From: a virus | Virus genome (UHGV): UHGV-1350217 | Length of the DNA stretch: 64,000 bases | Strand: one strand, 5' to 3' | Shown: in pieces, positions 29,531 through 37,947 of the stretch | Numbering within the stretch: position 1 is the stretch's first letter | Layout of the letters: every line of letters begins with the position of its first letter | The notes under the pieces: generated by a model | The model's database searches: none | Told to the model about the DNA's origin: nothing | Seen by the model: only the letters and a program-made list of their open reading frames with translations | Translations under genes and position numbers: made by a program

Positions 29531-31393
29531 CTAACAGATATAATAGCCATCTATGTTGTTTCTAATGGCTTGATATATATCCTCATTATAATTGCTCACT
29601 ATGCCTGTTAGGTCAATATCCTTATCGGTTACTTGCTTTAGGATACTCTCTAGGATAGGCTCTTTATACAACCTAGCTAGTGTGTATCTATAGCACTTTC
29701 TCAATTCCTCGCAGTCATTGGCATATACACCAAATGAATCGTGAATTGGACTGACTACTATACCTCTCTCCCTTAGCATAGTAATCACTTGCCTACATAC
29801 CCAAGCATCTAAGCTGTGTACCAAATTTACTGCTAGACTTCTCCAGTTATCTTTAGATGCTTCATTATCCTCACACCTAATGTTGAAGCTAGGATACTTG
29901 ATACTCTTATCAAGCTCCTTTACTTCTATCTTGTGAATCTTTGTAACTAGACTTGGAACATATGCATAATGTCCATCAGGTAATCTCCAACTATGATATA
30001 ACTTAGGCTCATATAGACTATTGATATACTCCTTTAGTCTTATAGGACCACTAGCTAGTTCCTCTATGGCTTGTTCAAACACTCCATAGTAGTTACCTAG
30101 CATTGTCTTAGGGGTAGCTACTGAGTTGTAGCCAGAAGTCATAATGCTAGCCTTTATGACATCTCTAGGCTTTGCTAAGTCTAGCTCTTTAGCCTTAGCC
30201 TCTAGCCAAGCATCTAAGTCATCTCTATCTCTAGGCTGTACTAGCTCTCTGACTCTATCATACACTAGGCTATAGAAGTCTTGTCTCTTAGTATTGCCTA
30301 ATACATTCAATTTCTCCATAGCTTTCTCATCTCTAGTGATGACACTCATCAGCTGATAGCCACTAGCTGTAGCGTCTAGTCTGACTATCTGTCTAGACTT
30401 TCCAGTCTGTAAATAGTGCTTATACTCCTTGACTGCTTGTTTAAACAATAACTTATCACTAGCTGTATTAGTTAATTCCTCTAGACCTTTATCATCTAAC
30501 AACTTCTCTAGGTTACTTCTACTCCATTGTAGTCTAGTCTCCCAGTTAGACTTGTCTAGACCATAGGCATTAGCTATATCAATCAATAGCCATTCATTGC
30601 CTCTAGCATTGACTTCTCTATGCTGGTAGAATCTAAGCAGAGCTTTACCATATTCATTGGCTTGAACATTTATGCAGTAGCCTTTGCTATATATCCTTCC
30701 TCTCTTATCATAGTTCCATTCAAAGTAGAATGGTCTAGTAGAATACTCCTTAGCCATATCTCTTAGCTTAGTGTTAAACTTGCTAATACCTTCACTACGA
30801 TTGGTATCGTCTAGTGTACTATTGATGAAGTCTAGGTCTAGACTATAGGCTACACTAGAGAGATACTCTAGTACATCTAGGTTAATGCTAGAGTTATCGC
30901 TCAAAGCTAAGTGTTGATTAGCCTTATGTCCTAGTATATGTTCACTAGGGTCTGAATACTCTAGTGGTATTATGCTAGGTCTAAGGTCATAGTCCAATGG
31001 TAAGTCAGTCTCTAGTAATCCTTCTGCTATTAAATCAGCATTAGGCTTGACTAGATATGACATACTTCCCTTATCATTAGGGATACGATTAATATCGTAT
31101 AGTCCGCAGTGCTGTAGCACTCCTAGTACTAAAGCACCTAGTTGTATATCCCATATCACTGACTTATCTTTGCTAGTGTAAATCATACCAGCTATGGACT
31201 GTAATACACCTCCATCTAATGGTAGAGTAGAGATAGCTTTGAATACTCTTTCTACTAGGTATTCAGGCATAGACTCTATTATTTCTACCTGTTCATCTCT
31301 AGTAGTCCATCTGGATTTACTAGAGGAATAGCCTAGTATATATTGCTCTAAGGTTTTATACATACTAGACTTAATGAGTTCTAGTTTGTCCAT
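29531..31393 (-). CDS. Compact T7-like single-subunit DNA-dependent RNA polymerase (620 aa)
   Basis: DKRGRIY = T7 DxxGR motif (DWRGRVY). RLDATASGYQLMSVITRDE = motif A (DGSCSGIQHFSAMLRDE). RDVIKASIMTSGYNSVATPK = motif B (RSVTKRSVMTLAYGS). IHDSFGV = motif C (HDSFGT). ATG at 31391-31393 with a GGAGA Shine-Dalgarno. Confidence 0.85.
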   Translation of the reverse strand: MDKLELIKSSMYKTLEQYILGYSSSKSRWTTRDEQVEIIESMPEYLVERVFKAISTLPLDGGVLQSIAGMIYTSKDKSVIWDIQLGALVLGVLQHCGLYDINRIPNDKGSMSYLVKPNADLIAEGLLETDLPLDYDLRPSIIPLEYSDPSEHILGHKANQHLALSDNSSINLDVLEYLSSVAYSLDLDFINSTLDDTNRSEGISKFNTKLRDMAKEYSTRPFYFEWNYDKRGRIYSKGYCINVQANEYGKALLRFYQHREVNARGNEWLLIDIANAYGLDKSNWETRLQWSRSNLEKLLDDKGLEELTNTASDKLLFKQAVKEYKHYLQTGKSRQIVRLDATASGYQLMSVITRDEKAMEKLNVLGNTKRQDFYSLVYDRVRELVQPRDRDDLDAWLEAKAKELDLAKPRDVIKASIMTSGYNSVATPKTMLGNYYGVFEQAIEELASGPIRLKEYINSLYEPKLYHSWRLPDGHYAYVPSLVTKIHKIEVKELDKSIKYPSFNIRCEDNEASKDNWRSLAVNLVHSLDAWVCRQVITMLRERGIVVSPIHDSFGVYANDCEELRKCYRYTLARLYKEPILESILKQVTDKDIDLTGIVSNYNEDIYQAIRNNIDGYYIC

Positions 31394-31394
31394 C

Positions 31395-31679
31395 TTAGTA
31401 GTTCTCCATTGTTATCTTTATATTCTCATCCTCTTGCTTTTCTGCTAGTATATAGAACTTACTATCTGATTTATGTATATTCTTGATAATCTTATTTAGT
31501 TCCTCTAATGTTGCTTTCAATGGATACTTTAATTTATCTAGATACAATGTATATCTACCAATATCTAGCTTATCAAAGTTTCCTTTAGCAGTATAGTAAA
31601 GTCTGCAATAATCACTAGCATAAGACTGCATAATACTTCTCATAAATCCTTCAACTAATAATTCAATAACACTTTGCAT
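31395..31679 (-). CDS. Hypothetical early protein
   Basis: 94 aa; AAGGAG Shine-Dalgarno upstream; immediately precedes the RNAP gene. Confidence 0.45.
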   Translation of the reverse strand: MQSVIELLVEGFMRSIMQSYASDYCRLYYTAKGNFDKLDIGRYTLYLDKLKYPLKATLEELNKIIKNIHKSDSKFYILAEKQEDENIKITMENY

Positions 31680-31723
31680 TTCATACTCCTTTAATGCTTG
31701 TCAATATTAGTCTACACAGACAA

Positions 31724-31945
31724 CTAGTTATTATCTCTCCACATTAGAGTTAGCCAGTCTTTTATATCACTAGCTAGTTCTCTAAACTCTATACCACTCT
31801 TGCCATAGAATGCTAGATTGTATGGAGCTACTAATAGTACATACATTATGAATATTAGTACTCCAATAGGAAATAGTACACCTATGGATAGCAGAGCTAC
31901 CCATAGTTTGCATATTAGTTTAATCATCTTTATATTCCTCCTCAT
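31724..31945 (-). CDS. Small membrane protein (two hydrophobic segments)
   Basis: KLWVALLSIGVLFPIGVLIFIMYVLLVAPY. Confidence 0.4.
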   Translation of the reverse strand: MRRNIKMIKLICKLWVALLSIGVLFPIGVLIFIMYVLLVAPYNLAFYGKSGIEFRELASDIKDWLTLMWRDNN

Positions 31946-32303
31946 TCTGTAGTGATGGTTTCATCCTATCCTCCCATCGTTCACTACCATCATACTCTAC
32001 ACGTTCTATCCAGTCTGGACTATTCTTAAATGTTATCCATCCATCCCAGTATTGAGTACCATAGCCTGCGTAATATTCTAGATATTCATTAGGAATCTCA
32101 TCCCAATTAATATCATCTGTACCCGAGTATACTTGTATACCTTCCTCATCAAAAGCTGTACCAAGATACTTTAGATAATACTCGTCTACTTGTAGAGTAC
32201 CTATCATTTCAATAGTCTCATCCTTGAAGTTTAGTTCATTAACACTCTTAGTCATCTTATTACTCCTTATAAATGCTAAGTAATTAGTCTCGATAGGAGA
32301 CAA
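31920..32303 (-). CDS. Very acidic, aromatic-rich early protein (DNA-mimic / anti-restriction candidate)
   Basis: 127 aa rich in D/E/Y/W (DEEGIQVYSGTDDINWDEIPNEYLEYYAGYGTQYWDGW...EEEYKDD). Second gene of the early leftward operon. The function is a guess from composition and position. Confidence 0.4.
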   Translation of the reverse strand: MSPIETNYLAFIRSNKMTKSVNELNFKDETIEMIGTLQVDEYYLKYLGTAFDEEGIQVYSGTDDINWDEIPNEYLEYYAGYGTQYWDGWITFKNSPDWIERVEYDGSERWEDRMKPSLQNEEEYKDD

Positions 32304-32319
32304 CTAGATGCTAGTGTAT

Positions 32320-32410
32320 ATCTATGGACAAACTTACAAATTGTTTATCTATGGATGGAATACACTAATAGAATTAAAATAAGTACTAGTAATCCATCAC
32401 GTCCATAGAT
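32320..32410. repeat. Repeated motif ATCTATGGA(C/T) at about 32320-32329 and 32347-32359, plus the inverted copy TCCATCACGTCCATAGAT at about 32393-32410, in the early intergenic leader
   Basis: Read directly from the sequence. A third copy lies at 32784-32807 (next feature). Confidence 0.5.
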
Positions 32411-32492
32411 TACTAGCAGAGCTACAACTTGAGTTTACGCAGGTGAGTAGTACCTCGAATGAGTTTAATGACATCTTAGGTCGATAGCTTAG

Positions 32493-32744
32493 TTAGAGTG
32501 CAAGCTTATAATCACTGGCTGTAAGCTGACGAATGAGTTTCAAGTCCTCAATAGGTTTACCTGACTTAGTTACACCGTAGTCCTCACCCTTCTGAGTCTT
32601 AGCAAAGTCTAAAGCTTTGTCCAAGTCCTCAAAAGTGATTCTCTCTCGGTTTTTGAAGCAGTACCAAGTGGATGGAGCTAATTCTCTTGCCTTCTTATAG
32701 CTAATAAGCTCGCCTTCATTCTCAAATATGACTGACTTAATCAT
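32493..32744 (-). CDS. Hypothetical early protein (first gene of the leftward early operon)
   Basis: The track starts at a GTG (32771). An internal ATG at about 32744 has a perfect AAGGAG 6 nt upstream and is taken as the true start (MIKSVIFENEGELISYKK...). Confidence 0.45.
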   Translation of the reverse strand: MIKSVIFENEGELISYKKARELAPSTWYCFKNRERITFEDLDKALDFAKTQKGEDYGVTKSGKPIEDLKLIRQLTASDYKLAL

Positions 32745-32783
32745 AAGATTCTCCTTAGAAAAGATTTTCACCTTCCCAGTCTA

Positions 32784-32807
32784 TCTATGGATGAAATTGT
32801 CATAGAT
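32784..32807. promoter_or_regulatory. Motif ATCTATGGATGA plus the inverted CATAGAT about 40-60 nt upstream of the first early gene. Candidate early promoter or operator element.
   Basis: Same 10-12 nt motif as at 32320 and 32347, with an inverted-repeat partner forming a potential 7-bp stem hairpin. Confidence 0.35.
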
Positions 32808-32846
32808 GTAGTATTTGAATGATAAAAATCAAATAGAAAAAATTAT

Positions 32847-32870
32847 AAAGTAGAGGTTTTACCCTCTACT
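32847..32870. terminator. Perfect 9-bp stem hairpin AAGTAGAGG-TTTTAC-CCTCTACTT flanked by A-run and T-run. Intrinsic-terminator-like, bidirectional.
   Basis: Read directly. Sits immediately 3' of the minus-strand small ORF 32866-33135 and in the divergent switch region. Confidence 0.35.
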
Positions 32871-33135
32871 TTTTGCTGATTTTCTTAGGTGTTATATCTA
32901 AGATATCAGCTAACTCTAACGATATATTAGCTGCAACATCAGATGCTGCATCTTTTACATCAAGTTCTAGCCCTTGCTTTCTCAATCCCTTTTTAGCTAG
33001 GAATAGGAAAACACAGATACCAATAACATATTCCATCATATCCTCCTTAGGGAAATGTCGTAATAAGAGGCTACTGCTAGCCCAACTAAAACTAAAGATA
33101 ATGCTAACATAGCAAACTCCTTGAATTAATTTCAC
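32866..33135 (-). CDS. Possible small membrane protein (GTG start) in the switch region
   Basis: 89 aa with the TM segment VIGICVFLFLA. GGTAAG upstream of the GTG. Followed by the 32847-32870 hairpin. The plus-strand ORF 32873-33112 is Ser-rich low complexity and judged spurious. Confidence 0.3.
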   Translation of the reverse strand: MKLIQGVCYVSIIFSFSWASSSLLLRHFPKEDMMEYVIGICVFLFLAKKGLRKQGLELDVKDAASDVAANISLELADILDITPKKISKK

Positions 33136-33410
33136 CTTACCAGAATTAAAGAATTACTTTTATCAGCTACCCTCAAGGGGGTAGACTGATGGATAAATTG
33201 CACAGTCTGGCTAGTACTACCCTCGTATTAAATTACATAAAATCTAATGCCTCACCTAAGATTCTTATAAGCTTGTATCTTTTTACTTTTCTCTTATTGT
33301 TATCACTTACAGAGATAAATCAGAGGTATTTGAAAGCAAATACTTATGCTATGGTAGTTTGATAAGGTTTTTTGCTATGTGATTTGACTTATAATAAAAA
33401 TGCTTATAAG

Positions 33411-33438
33411 TTAGGTTTAACCTTCACTAAGTTATAAT
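33411..33438 (+). promoter_or_regulatory. Sigma70-like promoter candidate (TTAGGT, 16-nt spacer, TATAAT) about 30 nt upstream of the first late gene
   Basis: -35-like TTAGGT at 33411-33416 and consensus -10 TATAAT at 33433-33438. AAGGAG Shine-Dalgarno at 33458-33463 precedes ATG 33469. Confidence 0.3.
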
Positions 33439-33468
33439 ATGTGATATATCTCAAATTAAGGAGTAGTT

Positions 33469-34011
33469 ATGCCTAGAGCTAGGTATGAAAATCACGTTCT
33501 TAGAACGTATGTAGATAAAGATACAGGAGAGTTTATATACCAAGATGAATTTGTCAAAATAAGTGGACAAAGAAAACTTGCAGGGTTTAGATTAGCTTAT
33601 ATGGGTAATATTAAAGCTTTAATACTTCAATTTGGAACTACTAGAGAATTATATATTGCCTTAGATATTATAAGTTCTTTACCTAATAAACTTACTTATG
33701 ATATAGCTTTAAATGTAGAAGGTTTAGCTAAGCATTATAAAGTAAAGCCTTGGGTTATTAGACGAGTAATTAATACTCTTAAAAGAACTAACACTCTAGA
33801 AGGCTCTAGGGGTAAATATACAGTTAATCCCTTCTTTATCGTTCCAAAGTATATGGATGATGATTTAGTTTATAAAGCTCAAAAAGAGTGGGAAAAGAAA
33901 TATGGAAAGTTTAAACTTCTACCTAAGAGTTTAAAACCTAGACATAAAGCAGTTATACCTAAAGTTACTCCAGAGGAAGCTGCTGGTAGAAGTATGAATA
34001 GTCCTGTATGA
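33469..34011 (+). CDS. Hypothetical basic protein, possibly DNA-binding
   Basis: 180 aa, K/R-rich. First gene of the plus-strand late block, with a strong ribosome-binding site. Confidence 0.45.
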   Translation: MPRARYENHVLRTYVDKDTGEFIYQDEFVKISGQRKLAGFRLAYMGNIKALILQFGTTRELYIALDIISSLPNKLTYDIALNVEGLAKHYKVKPWVIRRVINTLKRTNTLEGSRGKYTVNPFFIVPKYMDDDLVYKAQKEWEKKYGKFKLLPKSLKPRHKAVIPKVTPEEAAGRSMNSPV

Positions 34012-34080
34012 TATAAGTCTAGTATTTATCTCCTTAGTAGAGTATAATAAAGAAAATACTATATAAGGAGATAAATACTA

Positions 34081-34944
34081 ATGGCTAATATACAAGGTAA
34101 AAAGTATATCAAGCAAAACAATGCACCTAGTAGTAGAGAGATAATACCTACTACTGATACTAGTTCAATAGACAATCCAAATAATAGTAAAGTTAATCTA
34201 GCAGCTATTACAGCTAGTAAAGTATATGGTTGGTTTAATGCCAATAGACGTAAGAAGCATAAATGTGTTATTACTGATGAAGCTGTAGAGCTGATTAAAA
34301 AGAGTGCTAGTGAGGAAGCTTTTGATGGCTATAGATTTATAGATACTATATTAGAGTTTAGAAGTATCCTAGATGAGGATAGTGATATACAGCTAGAGGA
34401 TTACATCAATGCAGTAAGATTTTGTAGCTATCTAGAAATTTATAAAGGTAATGCCATAGAAGCATATATAGAAGCTTTTAGATATAAAGAGTTTGTAGAT
34501 AAGAAGCGTAATGCACCTAGAGATAGTAGAGAATATCTTAGTTTGGTTAATGCTGCATCTAGATACAGAAAGCATCCACTAGTAAAGAAAATCCTAGCCC
34601 AAAGTGAAATACCATTGTATATTATGTTTCAAGGCTATAGATATGCAGCTGTAGAGAAATTAGTAGAGGAGATGAATAATGCTAAGCTTAGCAGAGATAG
34701 GATTAATGCAGCTGATAAGTTGCTATTACATCTAAAAGCTCCAGAGGGCATAGAAGTAAATGTTAATGTCAAGAAAGATAGTGAGACTATCATAGATACA
34801 TATCAGGAAGCTATTATGAATATGATACAAAAGCAAAAGGCTCTAATACAAAATGGAGGTAATATGCACGATATAGTCAATGCCAGCATTAAAGGAGAGG
34901 AGAAAGAAGTGATAGACATAGAGGAGAGTGAAAGTAATGCCTAA
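34081..34944 (+). CDS. Hypothetical protein; terminase small subunit candidate by position only
   Basis: 287 aa. Its stop overlaps the large terminase start (ATGCCTAA). Confidence 0.35.
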   Translation: MANIQGKKYIKQNNAPSSREIIPTTDTSSIDNPNNSKVNLAAITASKVYGWFNANRRKKHKCVITDEAVELIKKSASEEAFDGYRFIDTILEFRSILDEDSDIQLEDYINAVRFCSYLEIYKGNAIEAYIEAFRYKEFVDKKRNAPRDSREYLSLVNAASRYRKHPLVKKILAQSEIPLYIMFQGYRYAAVEKLVEEMNNAKLSRDRINAADKLLLHLKAPEGIEVNVNVKKDSETIIDTYQEAIMNMIQKQKALIQNGGNMHDIVNASIKGEEKEVIDIEESESNA

Positions 34945-36577
34945 GAGTATGGATGAATTACTAAATGAAGTAAATTATGACTTTACTGGCTATATGCCTA
35001 GTAATGAAGCATTAATGGTAGTTAATTTCATTAAAGAAGTAAATGGGGGAAGTGAAGATAATAAAACTCCACTAATGCACTTGAAAGTATTAGATATGGT
35101 CTGTAATACTTCAGCTAGAGATATCATAGTAGCTCATCGTGGTTTTGCTAAAAGCTCATTAATGGAGTATTTAATATTATTCAATGCAGGATTTGGGTAC
35201 TTTCCAGGATTTGGTAAAGCTCCATTTATAATGTATGTTAGTGATAGTATTGAAAATGGTGTAAAGACTCTTAGAAAGAACATTCAATTTAAATATGAGA
35301 ATAGTAAGTTCTTACAGCAGTTAATACCTAATAAAAAACTTACCCTAGTATCAGATGAAGGAAGTAGTAGTAGCAATGACTTTTATGAAGAAGGAACTGG
35401 AGGTAGAAAGTTTACTGATGTAAGAATGGAGTTTGAGAATGTTAAAGGAGTTAGAACAGTAGTTAAAGGATTTGGAGTTAGTACTGGAATCAGAGGTACT
35501 AGAGAATTAGGTCAAAGACCTAGTATAGCCTTATTAGATGACTTAATGAGAGATGAGGATGCTAGAAGTGATACTGTAATATCTAGTATAGAGGATGTAG
35601 TATACAAAGCCGTTAGTAAAGCTTTACACCCTACTAGACAAAAGATTATATGGACTGGTACTCCTTTTAATGCTAAAGACCCTTTATATAGAGCTGTAGA
35701 GAGTGGTAGTTGGGATGTAACCCTAGCTCCTATATGTGAGCAATTCCCTGTTAGTAAAAAGGACTTTAGAGGTAGTTGGGAGGATAGATTTCCATATGAA
35801 TATGTTAAGAGAGAATATGATGAAGCTATGGCTTTACAAAAGCCTGAGAACTTCAATCAAGAACTAATGCTTAGAGTTACTAGCTTAGAGGATAGATTAA
35901 TAAGAGATGAGTATATTAAGTATTTTGATGAAGCTACTATGCTTAAAAGTAGAAGTTATTATAATTTCTATATAACTACGGATTTGGCTACTACTATAAG
36001 ACAGAATAGTGATTATAGTGTTATTACAGTATGGGCTATCAATAGTGCTAAGCAATATATGGCTATAGATGGTTTCTGTGCTAGAGTAGAAGTATCTGAG
36101 TTTATAGAGGAGTTATTTAGACTATGTAGTAAATATAAGCCTATGCTAGGAGTAGGTATAGAAGTTACTGGACAGCAAGGAGGGTTTATATCTTGGATAC
36201 AACAAGAGATGGTTAGAAAGAAAGTATACTTCCCTCTAGCTTCTAGCAATAATAAAGGTAGTGCAGGTATTAGACCTATTGCTGATAAGTTTTCAAGATT
36301 TGTTACTTTTAGTCCTGAGTTTACACAAGGTAACATTTGGATTGGTAATAAATTAAAAGCTAGTGCTTGGGGATTAGAGTTCCAAGATGAAATATCTAAG
36401 GCTACAAAGACAGGCTTTAAAAGTAGACACGATGATGTACTAGATACTATCTCAATGCTACAAGCTATGAATGTCTTTGCCCCTAGTGATAATTCTTATG
36501 AAGGATTAGATAAAGATGAAAAACTTTTCTATGAGGATGAAGAAGGTTTGGGAGACATTCAAAATACTATTTTCTAA
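34937..36577 (+). CDS. Terminase large subunit
   Basis: Deviant Walker A region VAHRGFAKSS. RNaseH-like nuclease signatures YITTDLATT and C-terminal RHDDVLDTISMLQAM. The likely true start is the ATG at about 34937 (the track uses GTG at 34928). Confidence 0.75.
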   Translation: MPKSMDELLNEVNYDFTGYMPSNEALMVVNFIKEVNGGSEDNKTPLMHLKVLDMVCNTSARDIIVAHRGFAKSSLMEYLILFNAGFGYFPGFGKAPFIMYVSDSIENGVKTLRKNIQFKYENSKFLQQLIPNKKLTLVSDEGSSSSNDFYEEGTGGRKFTDVRMEFENVKGVRTVVKGFGVSTGIRGTRELGQRPSIALLDDLMRDEDARSDTVISSIEDVVYKAVSKALHPTRQKIIWTGTPFNAKDPLYRAVESGSWDVTLAPICEQFPVSKKDFRGSWEDRFPYEYVKREYDEAMALQKPENFNQELMLRVTSLEDRLIRDEYIKYFDEATMLKSRSYYNFYITTDLATTIRQNSDYSVITVWAINSAKQYMAIDGFCARVEVSEFIEELFRLCSKYKPMLGVGIEVTGQQGGFISWIQQEMVRKKVYFPLASSNNKGSAGIRPIADKFSRFVTFSPEFTQGNIWIGNKLKASAWGLEFQDEISKATKTGFKSRHDDVLDTISMLQAMNVFAPSDNSYEGLDKDEKLFYEDEEGLGDIQNTIF

Positions 36578-36586
36578 GGCAATACT

Positions 36587-36997
36587 ATGGATAATGGAAC
36601 AAGCATCAAAGAAGTAATGAAAGGTATGCAAGATTATCTTTATATGAATATCAGTAACTATAAAGGTAAACCTATGAGTGATGAAGCCTTAGTAGTTTAT
36701 ATTAATCAAGCCTTACTGGAGATATATAGTATGCTATTAATCAATAAAGAACAAGCTATCATAGCAGTACCTAAAGAAGCTAGAGTATTCACATTAGAAG
36801 GTAATGATGACCCTAATATTACTTATACAGATAAGAATGGAGTAAAGCATCAAAGAATGGCTAAAGACCCTAACGTAATACTAGGTACTATTAAACAAGC
36901 TAGAGAAAACGAATATGGCAAAGCTATGCAAGCTAGAGATGAGGAATCTAATCAAACAATGAAAACTCTAGTCAATGACTATGATTTTAAGAGGTAA
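36587..36997 (+). CDS. Hypothetical protein (structural module)
   Basis: 136-aa ORF. Confidence 0.45.
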   Translation: MDNGTSIKEVMKGMQDYLYMNISNYKGKPMSDEALVVYINQALLEIYSMLLINKEQAIIAVPKEARVFTLEGNDDPNITYTDKNGVKHQRMAKDPNVILGTIKQARENEYGKAMQARDEESNQTMKTLVNDYDFKR

Positions 36998-37002
36998 TTA
37001 TT

Positions 37003-37947
37003 ATGGCAGTAGCAGACCACTATTTAACTTATTGTAAGGGTGTTATAGAGTCTATATCTCCAATAGAGCATATAAATACTATAATAAAAGACAAAAACCT
37101 CAGAGAGGTTTCAGTTAATGGCAATATCATTAAGAAACTTACATTTAATGGTCAATTCTCTAATAATTTCCCTATAACAGAGTTTTACTTATCAGATATA
37201 CCATATAAAGAGAGTGTAAAACACTCATTAGAAATTAATGATATTACGTGGGAGAATAAGTTACAAATACCAGATTCATTAAGTTTTTGCTTATTTACTA
37301 AAGATAATGCTACTTATAAATATATAGGTGGATATGGCATAGATTTAACTAGTTTAAAAGGTCAAGTATTTAAATGTACTACTCCAGAGTTTCCTACAGA
37401 TAAAAACACTATCTCCTTAGTACAAATAGGAGATAATACCATAGCATTTCTACATTGCTATATAAATAGTGAGTTCTCTTATATAATAGTTAAAGATGAG
37501 AATGTTGCACCACAAGCACCTGATATCAATCAAAATAATATACAAGCTATTGATTCCTCTAATGTACTAGAGATATTAAAGTTATGGGATAGTGAAGGTG
37601 ATGAATACATTATGAATGAACAGAATGTATATCAAATTAACCCTTTAACTTTATATCTACCTAATGTCAAAGAAGGAACTATAGTATACGTTGAATATAA
37701 GACTATGCCTCCACAACTAGTATTTAAAGGAGGTAATAGTTCTACATTCCCACTTCCTCCAGAACTATATAAATTACTGTATGCCTTAGTAGCTCTAAAA
37801 GTAGTAAGGTCAATAGATGACTTTAAATCTATGGAAGGAGCAATATTAAATAACTATGCACTGGAATTACAGCAAGCAATGAACTCTAACTGGGCATTAA
37901 GTAATGAGATGGAATCTACTTTACAATTTAAGAAAGGGTTTTATTAA
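37003..37947 (+). CDS. Hypothetical virion/tail protein
   Basis: 314-aa ORF. Confidence 0.45.
   Translation: MAVADHYLTYCKGVIESISPIEHINTIIKDKNLREVSVNGNIIKKLTFNGQFSNNFPITEFYLSDIPYKESVKHSLEINDITWENKLQIPDSLSFCLFTKDNATYKYIGGYGIDLTSLKGQVFKCTTPEFPTDKNTISLVQIGDNTIAFLHCYINSEFSYIIVKDENVAPQAPDINQNNIQAIDSSNVLEILKLWDSEGDEYIMNEQNVYQINPLTLYLPNVKEGTIVYVEYKTMPPQLVFKGGNSSTFPLPPELYKLLYALVALKVVRSIDDFKSMEGAILNNYALELQQAMNSNWALSNEMESTLQFKKGFY

Noticed and set aside
32769-32771. Track start codons at 32771 (GTG), 4386 and 34928 (GTG)
   Set aside because: Internal ATGs with near-perfect AAGGAG/AGGAGA Shine-Dalgarno sequences at 32744, 4344 and about 34937 are far better starts. The ORF track extends to the most upstream alternative start. 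Other listed starts may be similarly over-extended.
32861-32885. Apparent 1-nt frame inconsistency between my hand reading of a T-run and the ORF-track translation here
   Set aside because: Most likely my miscounting of a homopolymer rather than a real frameshift. I therefore treat all my small-motif coordinates as plus or minus 1-2 nt and rely on track coordinates for genes.
32873-33112. Plus-strand 79-aa ORF in the switch region
   Set aside because: TTG start and Ser-rich low complexity. The overlapping minus-strand ORF (32866-33135) has a TM helix, a Shine-Dalgarno-like GGTAAG and a terminator hairpin, and was preferred, itself at low confidence.
33469-34011. Possible RepL-like winged-helix replication protein assignment for the first late gene
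   Set aside because: The similarity (KYTVNPFFIVPKY-type segment) is too weak to call without a profile search. Kept as a hypothetical basic protein.
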